Below, piece after piece: positions 47,543 to 60,962 of a stretch of DNA of 64,000 bases (the first letter of the stretch is position 1; every line of letters begins with the position of its first letter). The translations under genes were made by a program, and so were the position numbers. The notes under the pieces were generated by a model that saw nothing but the letters and a program-made list of their open reading frames with translations, ran no database searches and was not told where the DNA came from. This stretch comes from Parasitella parasitica NRRL 2501 (lineage: Eukaryota > Fungi > Mucoromycota): contig MU619238.1 of the NCBI GenBank assembly GCA_025201805.1, forward strand, positions 261,970 through 325,969. The letters run 5' to 3'.

Positions 47543-50494
47543 ATGAAAAGAAGCATGCTCTCCGCTTTTCCTCTTGTAGTGGCAGGTGTTTGCTTGGCTG
47601 TGTTTGTCATGGCAACTGGGGCCGACAAGATCTCCCACCCCAAATATATAAAGGGCTCCGCCAACACTATTCCTGGTCGCTACATTATTAGTTTTTCTGG
47701 CGCACGACCCGATTCAGGCACAGCCTTCGCTCAATCATTTACCAAAGAATTCAAAGGCGCAAGCCTGAAAGTCAAGGAAAACTTCAGGCATGATTTCTTC
47801 AATGGCATTTCAGTCGACCTTGACAATACGGACGATAGCATCCATACTGCTGCTCTTAAGGCTATCCTTGATAGATCGGAAGTGAAGGCCGTCTACCCTG
47901 TCAAAACAATTGCTCGTCCCAAGGTCATTCTCGAAAGCCAAGGTTCCAGCAAGACGCCTTCTGTCCTGCCCCATGCGATGACTCAAGTTGATAAGGTCCA
48001 CTCAGAACTCAAAAACAAGGGCAAAGGCATTTTTGTTGGTGTTCTTGATACAGGTATTATGACATGTTTCATTGCAGGCTGTTCTATATATAGATATTCA
48101 CATGAAAATCTCTATTTGTGTGTATGCATTAGGGGTCGACTACTTGCATCCTGCTCTGGGTGGAGGCTTTGGCGAAGGCTTCAAAGTCATTAAAGGCTAC
48201 GATTTGGTTGGCGATGCGTACACCGGATTTAACACACCTAAACCTGACAATGACCCTCTCGACGACTGTGGTCTTGATACTGAGGCATCAGGTAAGATCA
48301 ATTGGCTTATAAAGTATTTATAGCTCATCGCAATATGAATAGGTCACGGTACACATGTCTCGGGTATTATTGCTGGTTATGATGAATCCACCGTAAGTAG
48401 ATTAACTGGGATAAGGATAATGGAAGGGGAGGATTTCTGAACAAATGTTAACGTTTTAGAACTTTACTGGCGTTGCACCTGAAGCCAAGCTGGGCATGTG
48501 GCGTGTATTCGGCTGCAAAGGAAGTGTCACCAACGATGTCATTATCAAAGCTTTGCTGATGGCTTACGATGCTGGTGTTGATGTTATCAATTTGAGTTTA
48601 GGCGAGACCAACTCTTGGTCTACTACTACTGATGCTGAAACTAGCGTTGTTAGCAAGATTGTCCAAAGAGGTGTCAGTGGTAAGTTGTACAATTTGGTAC
48701 AAATTCACATGGATAATTGACCTATAAATGCTTCAATTATTTAGTTGTTATTTCTGCTGGTAATTCTGGCGCAAGGGGAATTTATACTGTTGGCCAGCCC
48801 AGCACATCTGTTGATGCTTTCTCTGTCGCGTCCGTTGAAAATAGCTATTATGTCTCCAAGGATCTCAAGGCAACAGGCATTGACCATACTATCCGTAGGT
48901 TAACTAGTCTAAATACCAAATATACATATTAACTAGTGGTCGATCGCTAGTTTACACTGCCAGCAATGATGACTCCAAGTTTTCAGATGGTCAGGTCATA
49001 TACGGTGCTAAATCTGGCGCTAACAGTGCCGAAGGCTGTACTCCTGACTCAATTGATTCCGCTGTTAGTGGCAAAATCGCACTCATTCAGAGAGGCGCCT
49101 GCCCTTTCAGCGATAAGGTCAACAATGCTGCATCTGTCGGCGCCGTTGGTGTTATTATTTACAACAATGTTGCTGGTGCCCTTACTGCCTCGGTCCCTGG
49201 AGTCACTATCCCAGTTATTTCGATCTCCAATGCTGATGGCAAGGCTCTCTTGGATGCTATAAAAGTAGGTCCTGTTAGTGTCACTTTGAACAAGAAGGGC
49301 TCTATTCAGCCAATTGAAAACGCCAACACTATTTCGAGTTTCTCCAGCACTGGCTCCTCTTCTGAGCTCAACTTTAAGCCTAACATTGCTGGTATCGGTG
49401 GCAATGTCTACTCAACTTTGCCTCGCTATCTCAATAGCTACGGTGTCATGTCCGGTACAAGTATGGCTGCTCCCTACGTTGCTGGTTCAGTTGCTTTATA
49501 CTTGAACTCTGAAGGGAAAAACAAGAGACGTTCAATTGCCTACATCAACGAGCAGTTTCAAAATTATGCGTATCCTACAAAAATATTCAACACCACTGAA
49601 ATTGATAGCCCTCTCCGTCAAGGCGCTGGCCTCGTTCAAGTCTATGATGCCATCACTCAAAAGACTCACATCTCTCCGGCACAGATCAGTTTCAATGACA
49701 CTGCTACTACCAAATACAGAACGCAAACCATTACTGTTGTCAACCACGGCTCTACGACCATCCAATATGAAGTCGTAAATGAGGTCGCCACCGGCATCTC
49801 TCCGTATGATGTCAAAGTCTATGGCTATACCCCTATTGAGCCTGCTGCTAACTCTGTTGCTGCTGCCAAACTGCGTTTCTCAAAAAAGCAATTCACCCTT
49901 GCTCCTGGCAAATCTCAAGAGATCAGGGTAACTGTAACTCCTCCCAAGACCAATCCCAAGGATCATATCTTTTACGGCGGTTTTATCCGCGTCAAGTCCA
50001 AGCAATCAACCAAGGGCAAAGACCTCAAAGTTCCTTATTTTGGCGTTGCTGGCAAGCAAAAAGAGCTGCCCATTTTTGACACCGATTTCCCCACAATCAT
50101 TGATGCTAAAAATACTGAATATGGCAAGAATGACACGTTTACCTTTGATCGCTCCAACTCTACTAACGCACCTATCTCTGTAATACGCCTGTTGACTCCC
50201 TCCCCTCAAATTAAGGCTGATCTCATGGATTACAAGACTAGCAAAGTCCTCGGCCAATTCCTCACTGGCCTTGATTATGTCGGTCGTAACTTTCTCGCCC
50301 GCGATCAAGTTTACTATCAATACGTCTGGGATGGCACTTATGTCCCCGCCTCTATTTCCCAGGCTCCCCTTCCTATTGCCGCTGTGGACGGTACCTACAG
50401 GTTCCGTTTTGCTGCTTTAAAGCTTCTCGGTAACCCCAACGACAAGAAGGATTGGGAATCATGGACGTCAGGCCCTATTGTAGTCAAGAACTAA
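47543..50494 (+). CDS. Secreted S8 subtilisin-like protease (I9 prodomain, PA domain, Fn3-like domain), multi-exon
   Basis: Signal peptide; VGVLDTG/VDYLHPALGG; GHGTHVSGII; SAGNSG; SGTSMAAPYVAG; PA insert GKIALIQRGACPFSDK; QGAGLVQV. Confidence 0.95.
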
Positions 50495-52209
50495 TCCCTT
50501 GCTCCGAAATGACCTATTCAATGATGAATTCTAGAAAAATACAATGTACAAGTGTAATTAAATGTATTAATAAAAGTTGCATTCTTCAGCTTAAAGAAAT
50601 CTAATGTGAAGTGCCAGACTCAATTATATATTATGATCCAGGATGGATTATTGTATAATAAACAGTCAGAAAGTGTGATTAATTGCTGTATCTATCACAC
50701 ACCACTTCAAAATGAATACTTGAGTCGTAGTCTCAAGGAATAAAAAAAAGACTTGCAGCCAAGGGAACATATGATGTATCATTGTATTTTAAAAAGCAAT
50801 TACAAAAACAGCATCAACAATTTCAAACACAAAAACAAGTAGTTTAAAGTTAAGCATTAGACTATAAGGCACCTTTTGATTACATATTTGCATAGCTTAG
50901 AGCAAGTTTTTGTACTTTTTTAAGTTGACATCAGATGAAGGTAACGACTTTTTTGGAAAAGTATTTTTCAAAGTCGGAGCGTGAGATCGTCAGGCCAGGT
51001 ACAGACATGCAAGTATTACCATTAGAAAGCTACGAAGTACACAATTTAAATAAACTAGGCTTCAATTGTTTCTCTCTTAAATTGGATAAGCTGTGGCTTC
51101 TCAAAGCTAACGCTTTCTTTAAAAATTACAACAATTTTCTTTGATATCGGAGATTCAAACGCGTCCAAAAGCAGGAAGGAAAACTTCTTTCAAAAACTCC
51201 ATTTGGACAGTTCGAAAACTAAATTACTTTTTTAAGGCAAGATATCATCCTGTGGTACTATGCATACTACGGCTGTCAGTCTATAATAATAGCTGTATTT
51301 TTGGACGCTCTACACGCTGGTATCATTTCGTTATTCTCTTATGCTTATGGAAGGAATTATGTCGGGAAAACCTCAAAACAGATCAAGAGGGAAAAGTCGA
51401 CATTTTGCTTAATCAGAGCGCATTTTCAGTCTTTCAGATCAAGGAGTGGTCTTTTACGATCATTTTCCTCTAATATATGACATAGTAAAAAGTTGCATTT
51501 TTGGGGTCAAAATCGAGGATAATGCATAATCAATGATTTTGGATGTGTGGATACAAGGAAAAAATCGAAAAAATCCATGATTTTGCATCGAAAAAAAAAT
51601 CATGCTCAAATTGCACCATAATCATATATAATATAGTTTTTTCCCAATAGATACTATTTCTGGTGTTTTTGGGGCACCTTTCATTATAAAAATTAATCAA
51701 AAAATGGCACACAAAGCTAAATTTCTTGCTTTTAAGCTGTAAAAAATACCTATCTGGAGATGACATCTCGTCAATATCAATTCTAGTACATGACGCAGCT
51801 CTAAAAAGTAAGTATTTTGATGCCACAAGTATAACTTTCTTTATAGTAAAATGATAAAACAGCTGTGGCTCATCGCGTTGGAAGCAGAAGAGGATAATTT
51901 ATGAATGCAATGTTTTGCTGCAATTACCCCTTGTTATTTGTGAACAAACCAAAAGTTGGTAATTGCTAGTGACAGAGAAGTCCTATTACCATTGTTGCTT
52001 ATAATAATACTTAATGTCAGTTCAAGAGTTCCTTTTTTTGTAATTCTAGTGCTAAACATGTAAAATAGAAAGTAAAATAGAGGTCAGGATTGGGGTTGAG
52101 GTAATTTTATTAGCAAAAGTTAAGCTTTATAATAAGCTTCTGGTAGATTTCAGGTTCCAGATACTGTACTGTAGAGTATCAAATTCTAAATAGAGCATAT
52201 CTTGCTATA

Positions 52210-52414
52210 CAGTGCCTCCACCCCCAATTTTCGCTTTCCAACGAGCTGATTTCGCTTTGATCTCCGACCAACTTTCGTTTTTATAAAGTCCAATTTTCGC
52301 TTCTTTATTGGCCAAAGTTCGTTTTGGTAAGGGCTCATTTTCGCTTTTGTCACTTCCAAAGTTCGATTTTGTTCGTTTCATAGTTCGCTTTTGCATCACT
52401 CAATTTTCGTGTTT
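52210..52414 (+). mobile_element. Putative Tc1-like left end with a subterminal repeat array
   Basis: TA|CAGTGCCTCC at 52208-52219, then ~10 degenerate copies of CCAAWTTTCGYTTT; no matching right TIR found. Confidence 0.45.
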
Positions 52415-53439
52415 AATCTCAAGGTTTATTAAAGCGGGGCATTTTTGGAAGTTATTGACAGAGTGATTTGCAATGTTGTGAAGCGTCCGTAAATCGGACC
52501 TCTGATTATGGATGATGACGTCGAAAGAATTTCGCTCATTTTTTTTCATTTGTACTTATTTTTTTTTTTTTGACACTAATCCATGGAGGAGAATCGCAAC
52601 CATGGTTTATATTTTTGATCTTGTACACAATTTTCCACCAAACAGTTTTAATGCATATCTTAGAAGTATCATGGATAAGAGTGTCATTGGTGGTTTGGCG
52701 TTTCAAGCATTGTAGTTTCTTTTAAGAAGTTGCCGTAATTCTTCAAGGTCAATATTTCGTGCTCTTTTAAAGATAAGTATACACGTTAAGAATACTGCAA
52801 GAAAAACACAAGGCTTTGTACACATGAACCCTGCCCTACGCCGGAGAAATTCGCTGGCTGCCTTGATGAACAATTGTTCGTCTCCAGCCGGGAGTGGGAA
52901 GTTGTCACTCTCCTCTTGTAAATTGATAAGGCATTTTGGTTTTATTCACTTCATTATAGGTCCAAATTTAACTACGGCAAAGCCAATGCTTTTGATACCA
53001 ACAGTTTTCGATGGATTGACGATTCTCCTCTCTCTCTCTCTCTCTCTCTATTCTACTCGCGGCGTCATCACTTCTTCTTATATAGCCCTCAACACATGTA
53101 TATATTTGTTTTATTTAAAACCAAAGAACATAGCAGCAAAACCAAGTAGATATAATTGCTCCAAATTTTGGAACCATAATGCTTAACATGTACTTATCCC
53201 GAAAATGGTCAATTTACAAAAACTTCTTCCACCTTAATAAACGCAGTCTAATGATCTCGTTTTTGAACTGCAGGTTGACATGTCAATATCACTACTACTG
53301 ACTTTCGTAAAAAAAAAACAGACAGCTCTTGCCACTGAAGTGTTTTTGCTGGAAATTCATCGGCTTTTGAGAAGAAAAAGTCGGTCACAAAATACTGTAT
53401 ACTATCCTTTTCACCATGACCTTTATTTTTCAAAAACAT

Positions 53440-53845
53440 TGTGGGTACACATGCAAAACATATTCTTCCTGCTAATAAAGGAATTACAGTACAATTTTGG
53501 AGCAATCTGTGAGAAAGGCAGGACCTTAAGGAAATTCAAAAGCTGTTTGTAAAAGGGATGGTTCAAACAAATAGAGAAAAAGAAATGGTGGTAAAACTGC
53601 TGAGGCTATTGATGTAAATGCAAGAGTTGCAATTCGCAGTGAGCATTTTCTACAGTTCATCTCTGGTATTATGGGTACACTAGATAATCACAATATGGAT
53701 GAAGATATATTATCATGGGTAATGCATCCATTCATAAAGTGCCTGAAATATCTGAGCCCATTGTTTCTAGGGAATATGTACCCGTCTATTTACCATCACA
53801 CTCCCCGTTTCTAAATCCGATCGAACTACTTTGATCAAAATTTAT
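53440..53845 (+). pseudogene. Tc1/IS630-type DD34E transposase remnant
   Basis: GAICEKG; SEHFLQFISGIM; MGNASIH (D replaced by G) followed by 34 residues to LPSHSPFLNPIE; stop at 53832-53834 where Trp is expected; frameshifts. Confidence 0.85.
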
Positions 53846-54300
53846 AAACTTCTATTACATGTGTATTTATTTAAAGGATAGGATCATTTCTATAAAGCAT
53901 ACTTGTCAATACTTGCTTTTTTATGAATCAGAATTCACAGTTTCATTGCAGAAAAAAGTTGGATCTGCTTCCTAAAGATGAATAAACACAAAATAAAAAC
54001 ACTACAACTCTGGTAGTTTGTTGTACGAGACAGCGGTAAAAGCTGGATTACTGTATCCAAGTTTCCCATCTAGTCTTTGATATAACGAATGTGATACAGG
54101 GAAAAAAAAGTCAGTGGTTCCACGTATGATCTCAAAACTTTAACAAGGTTTTGTACGATATGATAACAATAATTCAAGATTACAGACCAAAAAAGAAAAA
54201 ATATAATTATTACGTTTACAAAAGCAGAGTATAAAAATTGCCTTCTCGGAAGGACAAGAGAGTGTACTCGAATAGAAAAAAAGTGTTGTATAATGCCTAA

Positions 54301-56062
54301 TTAAGTTGTCTTAGTTTTAGCCAGAGCAGCCTTATGTGCCATCATAGCAATCATAGCAGCTCCAAATCCAGAGCCATCCCTAGCCAAAGAAAATTTAATA
54401 TGTTTCGTAGCTTGATCACCAAAGAGTTCTGCCAGGGCATCCATCATATGCTTCTCAAAGTCGGGAAAGAATTCGTAAACAGATCCATCAATTGCTACAG
54501 CCGAATCTTCATCTAATTTACCAGTGTGAGCCAATACACCAGCGATGCCACAAGCAGTTAGGCGAGCCGCACGACGTCCCACTGCTATACAGATCACTTG
54601 GACAACTTGACGATCGCCCAAAGTAGTGGCAGGGACTTGGAGTGTTTCTTCCAAGATGTGGCGAACTTGCTCCAGGTCAGGTGAATTATCATCTACAACA
54701 GTTGACATGTAGGATGTTTCGAAGCCCCATTGCTTGTTGAGCTCTGGTGACGATAAGCCGTTGAAAAGAACACGATGGTCGATAAAATTGAGGATGGCAT
54801 TACGAGAAATTTCACCCAGATACATGCCGGACATCATCTTTTCAAAAAGCTGTTCACGAGGATTGATAGACTCACGGTCAAGTTTGTTATCGTACATGGT
54901 AAGCGGTAATACACGACGTTCACGGTCGAAAGCTCCCCATTCCATGTTGATAACCATCTCTTCAAACACCTGCTCTCCACCCTCCCATTTTTTGATATTT
55001 TTGAGTTTTTCGTAATATGCTACACATGTCATAAGCTGTAAATGAGTAATCTGGATTTGGGAGAAGAAGGGTAAAATTTACCAGCATTTGTTCCTGTCCC
55101 AAGAATGATACCCATTGTAGTGTCAGGATGACGATAAGAATTTGCCATCAAAGTACCAACTGTGTCGTTAACAAGCTACAACATAAGAAAAGAAATTACA
55201 TGCAATGTTAGACACGCTGCTATCTTATCCCTCTCCATCTCTACATGTCTTTCCTTCCCAAAATAACCCGGGTTTCCGTACACATGAGTACACAAACACA
55301 AACGTACGGGAAAAGTTGGGCAAGAAACTCTTCCCCCCCCCCACACCAAAAAAAAAAAAAAAAAAAAAAACGTAAACACTTACAGCAGCAATGTTCACAT
55401 GAATGTTCTTGCGCATGAAGGAGTCTTGCAGCATAATGACAACGTCATTATTGATAGCGTCAGAGCAGTTGAACCCTTTAGTCCAGTGCATAAGAGTACC
55501 TCTGTTGATATCAGTTTGATTAACAGCAAAAGAGAATGTGAACCCTAATTGAGGAAGTTCATCAGCATGGCCACGGTCAGAGCCATATTCGCAAACAAAG
55601 TTATCGACGCAGTCAGCAATGAAGTCGCAGAGATGGCGCATTTTTCCAGTCTTGAGCTCTTCCGTTACGATATATTTTTGTTGACGCACAGAAAAATGAC
55701 CATCGCCTTTCAATTCAAATTCGCATACACGGAGGTTAGTTCCACCTAAATCCAGAGCAAGATATTTGCCCTTCTCATCACCAGTAGGTCGGCCTGTAAC
55801 ATAACTGGGGATCATAGGAACTGTTCATGATTAGCATACAATTATGCTAGACTTGCCCGGTTTTCATACCTGTTGCACCTTCATGATCCAGGCCTTTTTG
55901 CATTTCCTCTATAAATTGCTTGACAATCGTACGGGCTTTCTCTGTTGTTATGTTGAATTGATCATGTATTTGATCGACAGCCTGTTGCTGGTCTTTGGTG
56001 CCGCTGATTTGAGGCACAGGATGCTCAACACTGGTCTCACGAGATAGAAACGAACTAATCAT
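54301..56062 (-). CDS. Hexokinase/glucokinase, multi-exon
   Basis: MIPSYV; LALDLGGTNLRV; LGFTFSF; WTKGF; VNDTVGT; ILGTGTN; INMEWGAF; FEKMMSGMYLGEI; DGSGFGAA. Confidence 0.97.
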
Positions 56063-56922
56063 TCTTTTACAGTAACGAAGAAAGAGCAGGAAAAGGGGAA
56101 GAAATAGAAAGAAAGACCTTTTATATACAGTTCTGTTTTTTTTGGGATGTCTTTATTTGGTATCGTATTGGTGATGGGATCTGTTTTGCGTTTTAGTGTT
56201 ACGAAACATTTTCCATAGACTTTGTGTTCGAGCTGAACGCAGTTATGGTACAGATGAGATGCAAAATTTTATTATAGCAACTGTGTAGTTAAGATGTAGA
56301 ACGACTTGGCAAACATATCTCAAAACCAAGATAAAACAAATGCTATGAAAAAGCTCAAATGTTGAATCAAGATATGGCAAGGTTCTACACTCACTGAAAT
56401 TTACGTAATTATTTATCAGAGGCACTAAATGTCCATTCTGCCTCTCAAGTTCAAGGTACACAATCGTCATCCCGTCATCCCGTCATCCTGCCATCATCAG
56501 AGATTACTTACTTATTTAATACCATATTTAAAACACTCTAGATACATAGGATTATCATATTATAGACTCATTGGCGAGGGCTATTACATGTAAGCTCATT
56601 TTTTAAATTGTAAATGTTGAAAAGGGGGGCAAAATCTCGATATTGTCATATTTAATATGATTTTCAGTACACCGCATGGGTGTCATTCTTCCATATATGT
56701 TGGTCTTCATTCGATATACATTGCAATGAAGAACTAGCCTACAAAAAATCTGTAAAACGTTATTTACCTTTTATGATTGATTTGAAAAGGGTCTCGTGCT
56801 TCTGAAGAGTTCCATTGCCTTACTAATCATTGTGGCTTATTGAGCAGCTTGAAATACTCTTGAATCAATTTTTTCCTTCAAGTTTAACTAATCTGCATGC
56901 AGTTTTATTATCACATAAAAAG

Positions 56923-59379
56923 ATGGCCTTCCAGCAAGCAGAATTAGCAACAACTCTCGGCAATAAACTCAAAGAATGCAGTAAAAATGACAAAGTAGAA
57001 GCCATCGTATCAGATATTCAACAAGGTCGTTATGCCAATGTGATAAAAAACAGTATTGTCTTCAACAACTGTCAACAAGATTCGCAAGCTTTGAAAGAGG
57101 ATGGCAACATTCAAAACTGGGTTAGCAATAAAATTTCTGGCATCTCATTGCAAGATGGATTCAGCTGTTTTGATGTCCTTGCTACTGGCATTGCATGTCT
57201 CAACACCTTTGTGCAAATTAACTGGACTGGCCCTATTCCCTCCTTTTCAGTATCAGAGTTGTTCTTGGGCCAAAAGGATGATGATTTTGAAACTAAAATT
57301 CACCAAGCCTGCCTCAAATCACTCTCGGTAGATGGTGAAGAAGTGTATCACCTCTCTCAGCAACTTGGATTGTTAGCAATTGCTCGCACTTTATTAAACA
57401 CTGTCCGGGACACGACTTTGACAGGTTCATTTTGGGCCATGCGCGCAGTCTTTATTCAGCAACAGCTACTGAATGAATTCACCGGCTCGCTCAAGGCAGA
57501 ATTAATGGAATTAGCCAAGGAAAGCGCTGATAGATTAGAGTCTGCAACTGATTTAGACGATGAGGCTAAAGAATCCCTTACTGTTCGACATGAACTTGAT
57601 GTTAGTTTGATCTACGGCTATTTTGGGCAGGATACACAGGCATTAGAAAAGATGGAATCAGCACAAAAGACCTCAGGATTTACTTGGTCATTAACTGGTG
57701 CACTGGGCCGCCGAACCAAGTTCCAAAGATCTGACATCACCCAACTTGTTGTTTTAGCCGAGAGCAAGAAGAAAGCTAGCGACGGAGAGCGTAAAGAACT
57801 TGCCAGACCCGAAACGTTGGATTTGAATGATGACACTCTTTTGGAACGCATTTCCTTTGCTGAAAATGAAAAGAACAATATTGAAAATGATAAGCGTCAT
57901 GGAAACCTGAATGTGATCGATCAATGTTTACTGCTTGCTTTTTGTCTAAACGTCAAGAACACAAATCCTGATGATGGTATCACTACTGAACAGATGGTGC
58001 CTTTTGTCACTCGTGTTCTAGAGAATGCCAACAATTGGATGGTTCATACAATGGCTTTATTATTGCGTTCTCGTTTTGAATTCAAAAATACTCGAACAAT
58101 TGAGCGTTCAGCATTACAATTGCAAGCACTTGTTGACCAAATCAAGGTAGAAGATTCTGGTGTTGAGGAGCGTCTTGCTTATTTCTACGACATTTTATTG
58201 CCTAGTAAATGGGAAATGGAGCGTGAGCTGGCTTATCGATTTGCTTCTCTTGGTGTTTTGCGCTCTGCTCTTGAAATATTTGAACGTCTTGAAATGTGGG
58301 AGGACGTCGTCTCTTGCTATCAAATGATGGAACAGTCTCAAGAGGCGAAAAAAGTATTGATGCGTTTAATGGAAAAAAACCCTGATTCTGCTAAATACTG
58401 GTGCATCTTGGGCGATCTTGAGGTCGAGCCAGCACATTGGCTCAAATCTTGGGAAATATCTAATCACAGTTATGCTGGTGCTATGCGACGTTTAGGCTCC
58501 TATGAATACAAGCTTAAAAATTATGATTCCGCTATCGAGTACTATCAGAAGGCTCTTGCCATCAACCCTATCTTTGAAAGTTCCTGGTATATCCTTGGTT
58601 GTGCTGCCATGTGTGCGGAAAACTGGGAAGTTGCAGCTCGTGCTTTTCAACGTGTGGTTTCTTTGGATGATGAACAGCCTGAAGCTTGGAACAATCTTGC
58701 TAGCATCTACATTAGAATGGAAAAAAAAACGGATGCCTTTTTGGCTTTGAAGCGAGCAACAAAAATTAAACATGATAGTTGGAAAATGTGGCAAAATCTC
58801 ATGTTTGTCTCCGTTGATGTTGGACAGTTTGCTGATGCCATTTACGCTATGCAGCGTGTGGTTGAGCTTCGTTGGGACAAGGTTCGTGACGAAGCTGTCA
58901 ATATTCGTGTCTTACGTATGATTGTCGAGAGCGTTATTCAGAATTGGAAAGATCCCCAGGACCGTGATGGTAACCGTCTCTGTCAACAAGTACAAAGATT
59001 ATTGGAAGATGTCATTTTAAATCGCATCACCAACTCTCCTGATATTTGGATGATTTGTTCCAAATTTTACTTATGGCAGAATCGCTATGTGGATGCTCTT
59101 GAAACATCTGTTAAAGCTTATAGATCGGTTATGCATGATCCTCGTATTGAAACAGAGGAAGCTGTGTTTGATAATGTCGCTACTGTTGCGATGGAGACTG
59201 TCGATATGTATGAAAACTTGGGAGACAAAACCGCAGATGGTGCACCTGTTTGTAATGACTGGCGTTATCAGTCTCGTCTAATTCTTAAGGGTTTGATGGG
59301 CAAAGTTAGCGATGTTTTTAGAGATACCAAGTCTTATGAAGACCTTCAGAAACGTATGGATGATCTAAAAAACGCATAA
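56923..59379 (+). CDS. TPR protein TTC27/Emw1-like
   Basis: FVQINWTGP; LTGALGRRTKFQ; DDTLLE; NWMVHTMALLLRSR; TIERSALQLQALVDQ; several TPRs (EAWNNLA); likely ATG at 56923. Confidence 0.9.
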   Translation: MAFQQAELATTLGNKLKECSKNDKVEAIVSDIQQGRYANVIKNSIVFNNCQQDSQALKEDGNIQNWVSNKISGISLQDGFSCFDVLATGIACLNTFVQINWTGPIPSFSVSELFLGQKDDDFETKIHQACLKSLSVDGEEVYHLSQQLGLLAIARTLLNTVRDTTLTGSFWAMRAVFIQQQLLNEFTGSLKAELMELAKESADRLESATDLDDEAKESLTVRHELDVSLIYGYFGQDTQALEKMESAQKTSGFTWSLTGALGRRTKFQRSDITQLVVLAESKKKASDGERKELARPETLDLNDDTLLERISFAENEKNNIENDKRHGNLNVIDQCLLLAFCLNVKNTNPDDGITTEQMVPFVTRVLENANNWMVHTMALLLRSRFEFKNTRTIERSALQLQALVDQIKVEDSGVEERLAYFYDILLPSKWEMERELAYRFASLGVLRSALEIFERLEMWEDVVSCYQMMEQSQEAKKVLMRLMEKNPDSAKYWCILGDLEVEPAHWLKSWEISNHSYAGAMRRLGSYEYKLKNYDSAIEYYQKALAINPIFESSWYILGCAAMCAENWEVAARAFQRVVSLDDEQPEAWNNLASIYIRMEKKTDAFLALKRATKIKHDSWKMWQNLMFVSVDVGQFADAIYAMQRVVELRWDKVRDEAVNIRVLRMIVESVIQNWKDPQDRDGNRLCQQVQRLLEDVILNRITNSPDIWMICSKFYLWQNRYVDALETSVKAYRSVMHDPRIETEEAVFDNVATVAMETVDMYENLGDKTADGAPVCNDWRYQSRLILKGLMGKVSDVFRDTKSYEDLQKRMDDLKNA

Positions 59380-59896
59380 GTAATGCTGAATTTGTTTTAA
59401 TAAATTTTACTTTTTTCCTTTAAATTGCGGATTCATGAAAGATAATATTTCGACAAAACAAGCTTATTCCATTCAAGTTATTACTCCGCGATAGCTATCG
59501 TGAACATCATCTAAACAAACTGTAACAAAAAAACACGATGTTCATGCGTTTTGATTTATGAATAGTAATAATAATAATTCTATCTCGTATCCATTTCTTT
59601 ATATACTTATCAAATTCGATATCGCATTCGGCTATCCCCTAGACATCCCTGCGAAATGCAGCATCGACTTGTCAAGTATTTTACTAATTTGATCTTTCAG
59701 AAATATCAGTTTTTAGCACTATAGGGAGGTGGTTGATCAAATTATAACGTGAAATCTGCTGTCAAATGTTAGTGAATAGAGTCACTGTTGTGCCAAGTCT
59801 TGAAGGGGCACAGCAGATGATTGTATATGATAAAAAAGGAATAATAATATTCTATTGATTACTTTTATGTAATAGATAGAATAGTAGATGCCATTT

Positions 59897-59973
59897 AACC
59901 TTAGATCCGGTCAGGAACGGTTGCCATGATAACTGAATTGAAAGAGTGATAACCATGGTATTTTATGGGCACA
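59897..59973. repeat. Dispersed repeat, copy B (pairs with 34499-34575)
   Basis: Same orientation as copy A, 60/77 identity. Confidence 0.75.
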
Positions 59974-60962
59974 AAACAATGAGTTTGTTCTACGTTGACA
60001 ACCAATTTTATAATTGATAGATTAATTTGTCACATTACAACACATTCTTCAATTAGTTTATTTTTATTACTTAATTAATTAATTAATTAATATCATCATT
60101 ATCCTAATAATCAAAGTCTCTTGAAACATATCTCTTACTCAATACTCATCCAAACGTTAAATAATATATATCACGTGCTTTTGCTCAGTGTATATTTACT
60201 AATTATGTATTGTACATTTGAAATAATAATATTTGATACGTTTGTGCTGGTAAGATGTGATATGGGTTGATTTTTTTTATGAAGCAGTTTGTTCTTCTAT
60301 ATTCGAATTTGCCGAGACAGAATGTTTGTACAAAGGATATTCGTATTTGATTTTGAGTAATTGTTCCTGAGGGTATACTGTGTTTCTGATCTGTTCTTCA
60401 ATTGGAATAGGCAACAATTAATAAAAGCAAATTACGAAAGAAAACCTCAATGTTTATTTGAAGATCAACTTCTACTTTTTAATATCTCAGGTACCGAGTT
60501 CTTGGACAGACTACTACTTGTGTATTTTCTCATGTCACGTGCTTACTTTTTTGGTAATTTGATTATAATTATCCCACGGCACGTAACAACTTGATACTCT
60601 GCGGTGCGGGTTTGTGAAATTTGTAGCGATGTGTTGGAAAGTTCTTGCAGTAAACAGGTCAATGCCGAGACTAATTAGACTGTTTTGCTGTTGTTTAAGT
60701 GTATATTATGTCGAATAACTAGGATGGTATAGTATCTCAGCGATATAATAGCAAATAATTATATATGACAGAATTTTAAACGTAAGAAAGTTCGATTTAT
60801 TTCAAGTATGAAGCATAATTCCATATATATATCTAAGATGAGACGTTCTCAGTATTCAACTTCAGATTCAGGAACATGATTTCCATAGGCTTAAACTTAG
60901 ATCACGTGCAAATAATTAACTAGCATTACAGAATAAATTTACACTCGTAACAAATTGTAAAA

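Noticed and set aside
52224-52414. Repeat array as a CRISPR-like array
   Set aside because: Short degenerate motifs with irregular spacing in a eukaryotic TE context
54043-54055. GGATTACTG|TA as the right TIR of the Tc1-like element
   Set aside because: Its reverse complement matches the 52210 terminus only over CAGT
59925-59952. ATGA...AA...GA as a SECIS element
   Set aside because: Helix between the quartet and the AA loop is too short, the GA is not conserved in copy A, and no selenoprotein gene is nearby
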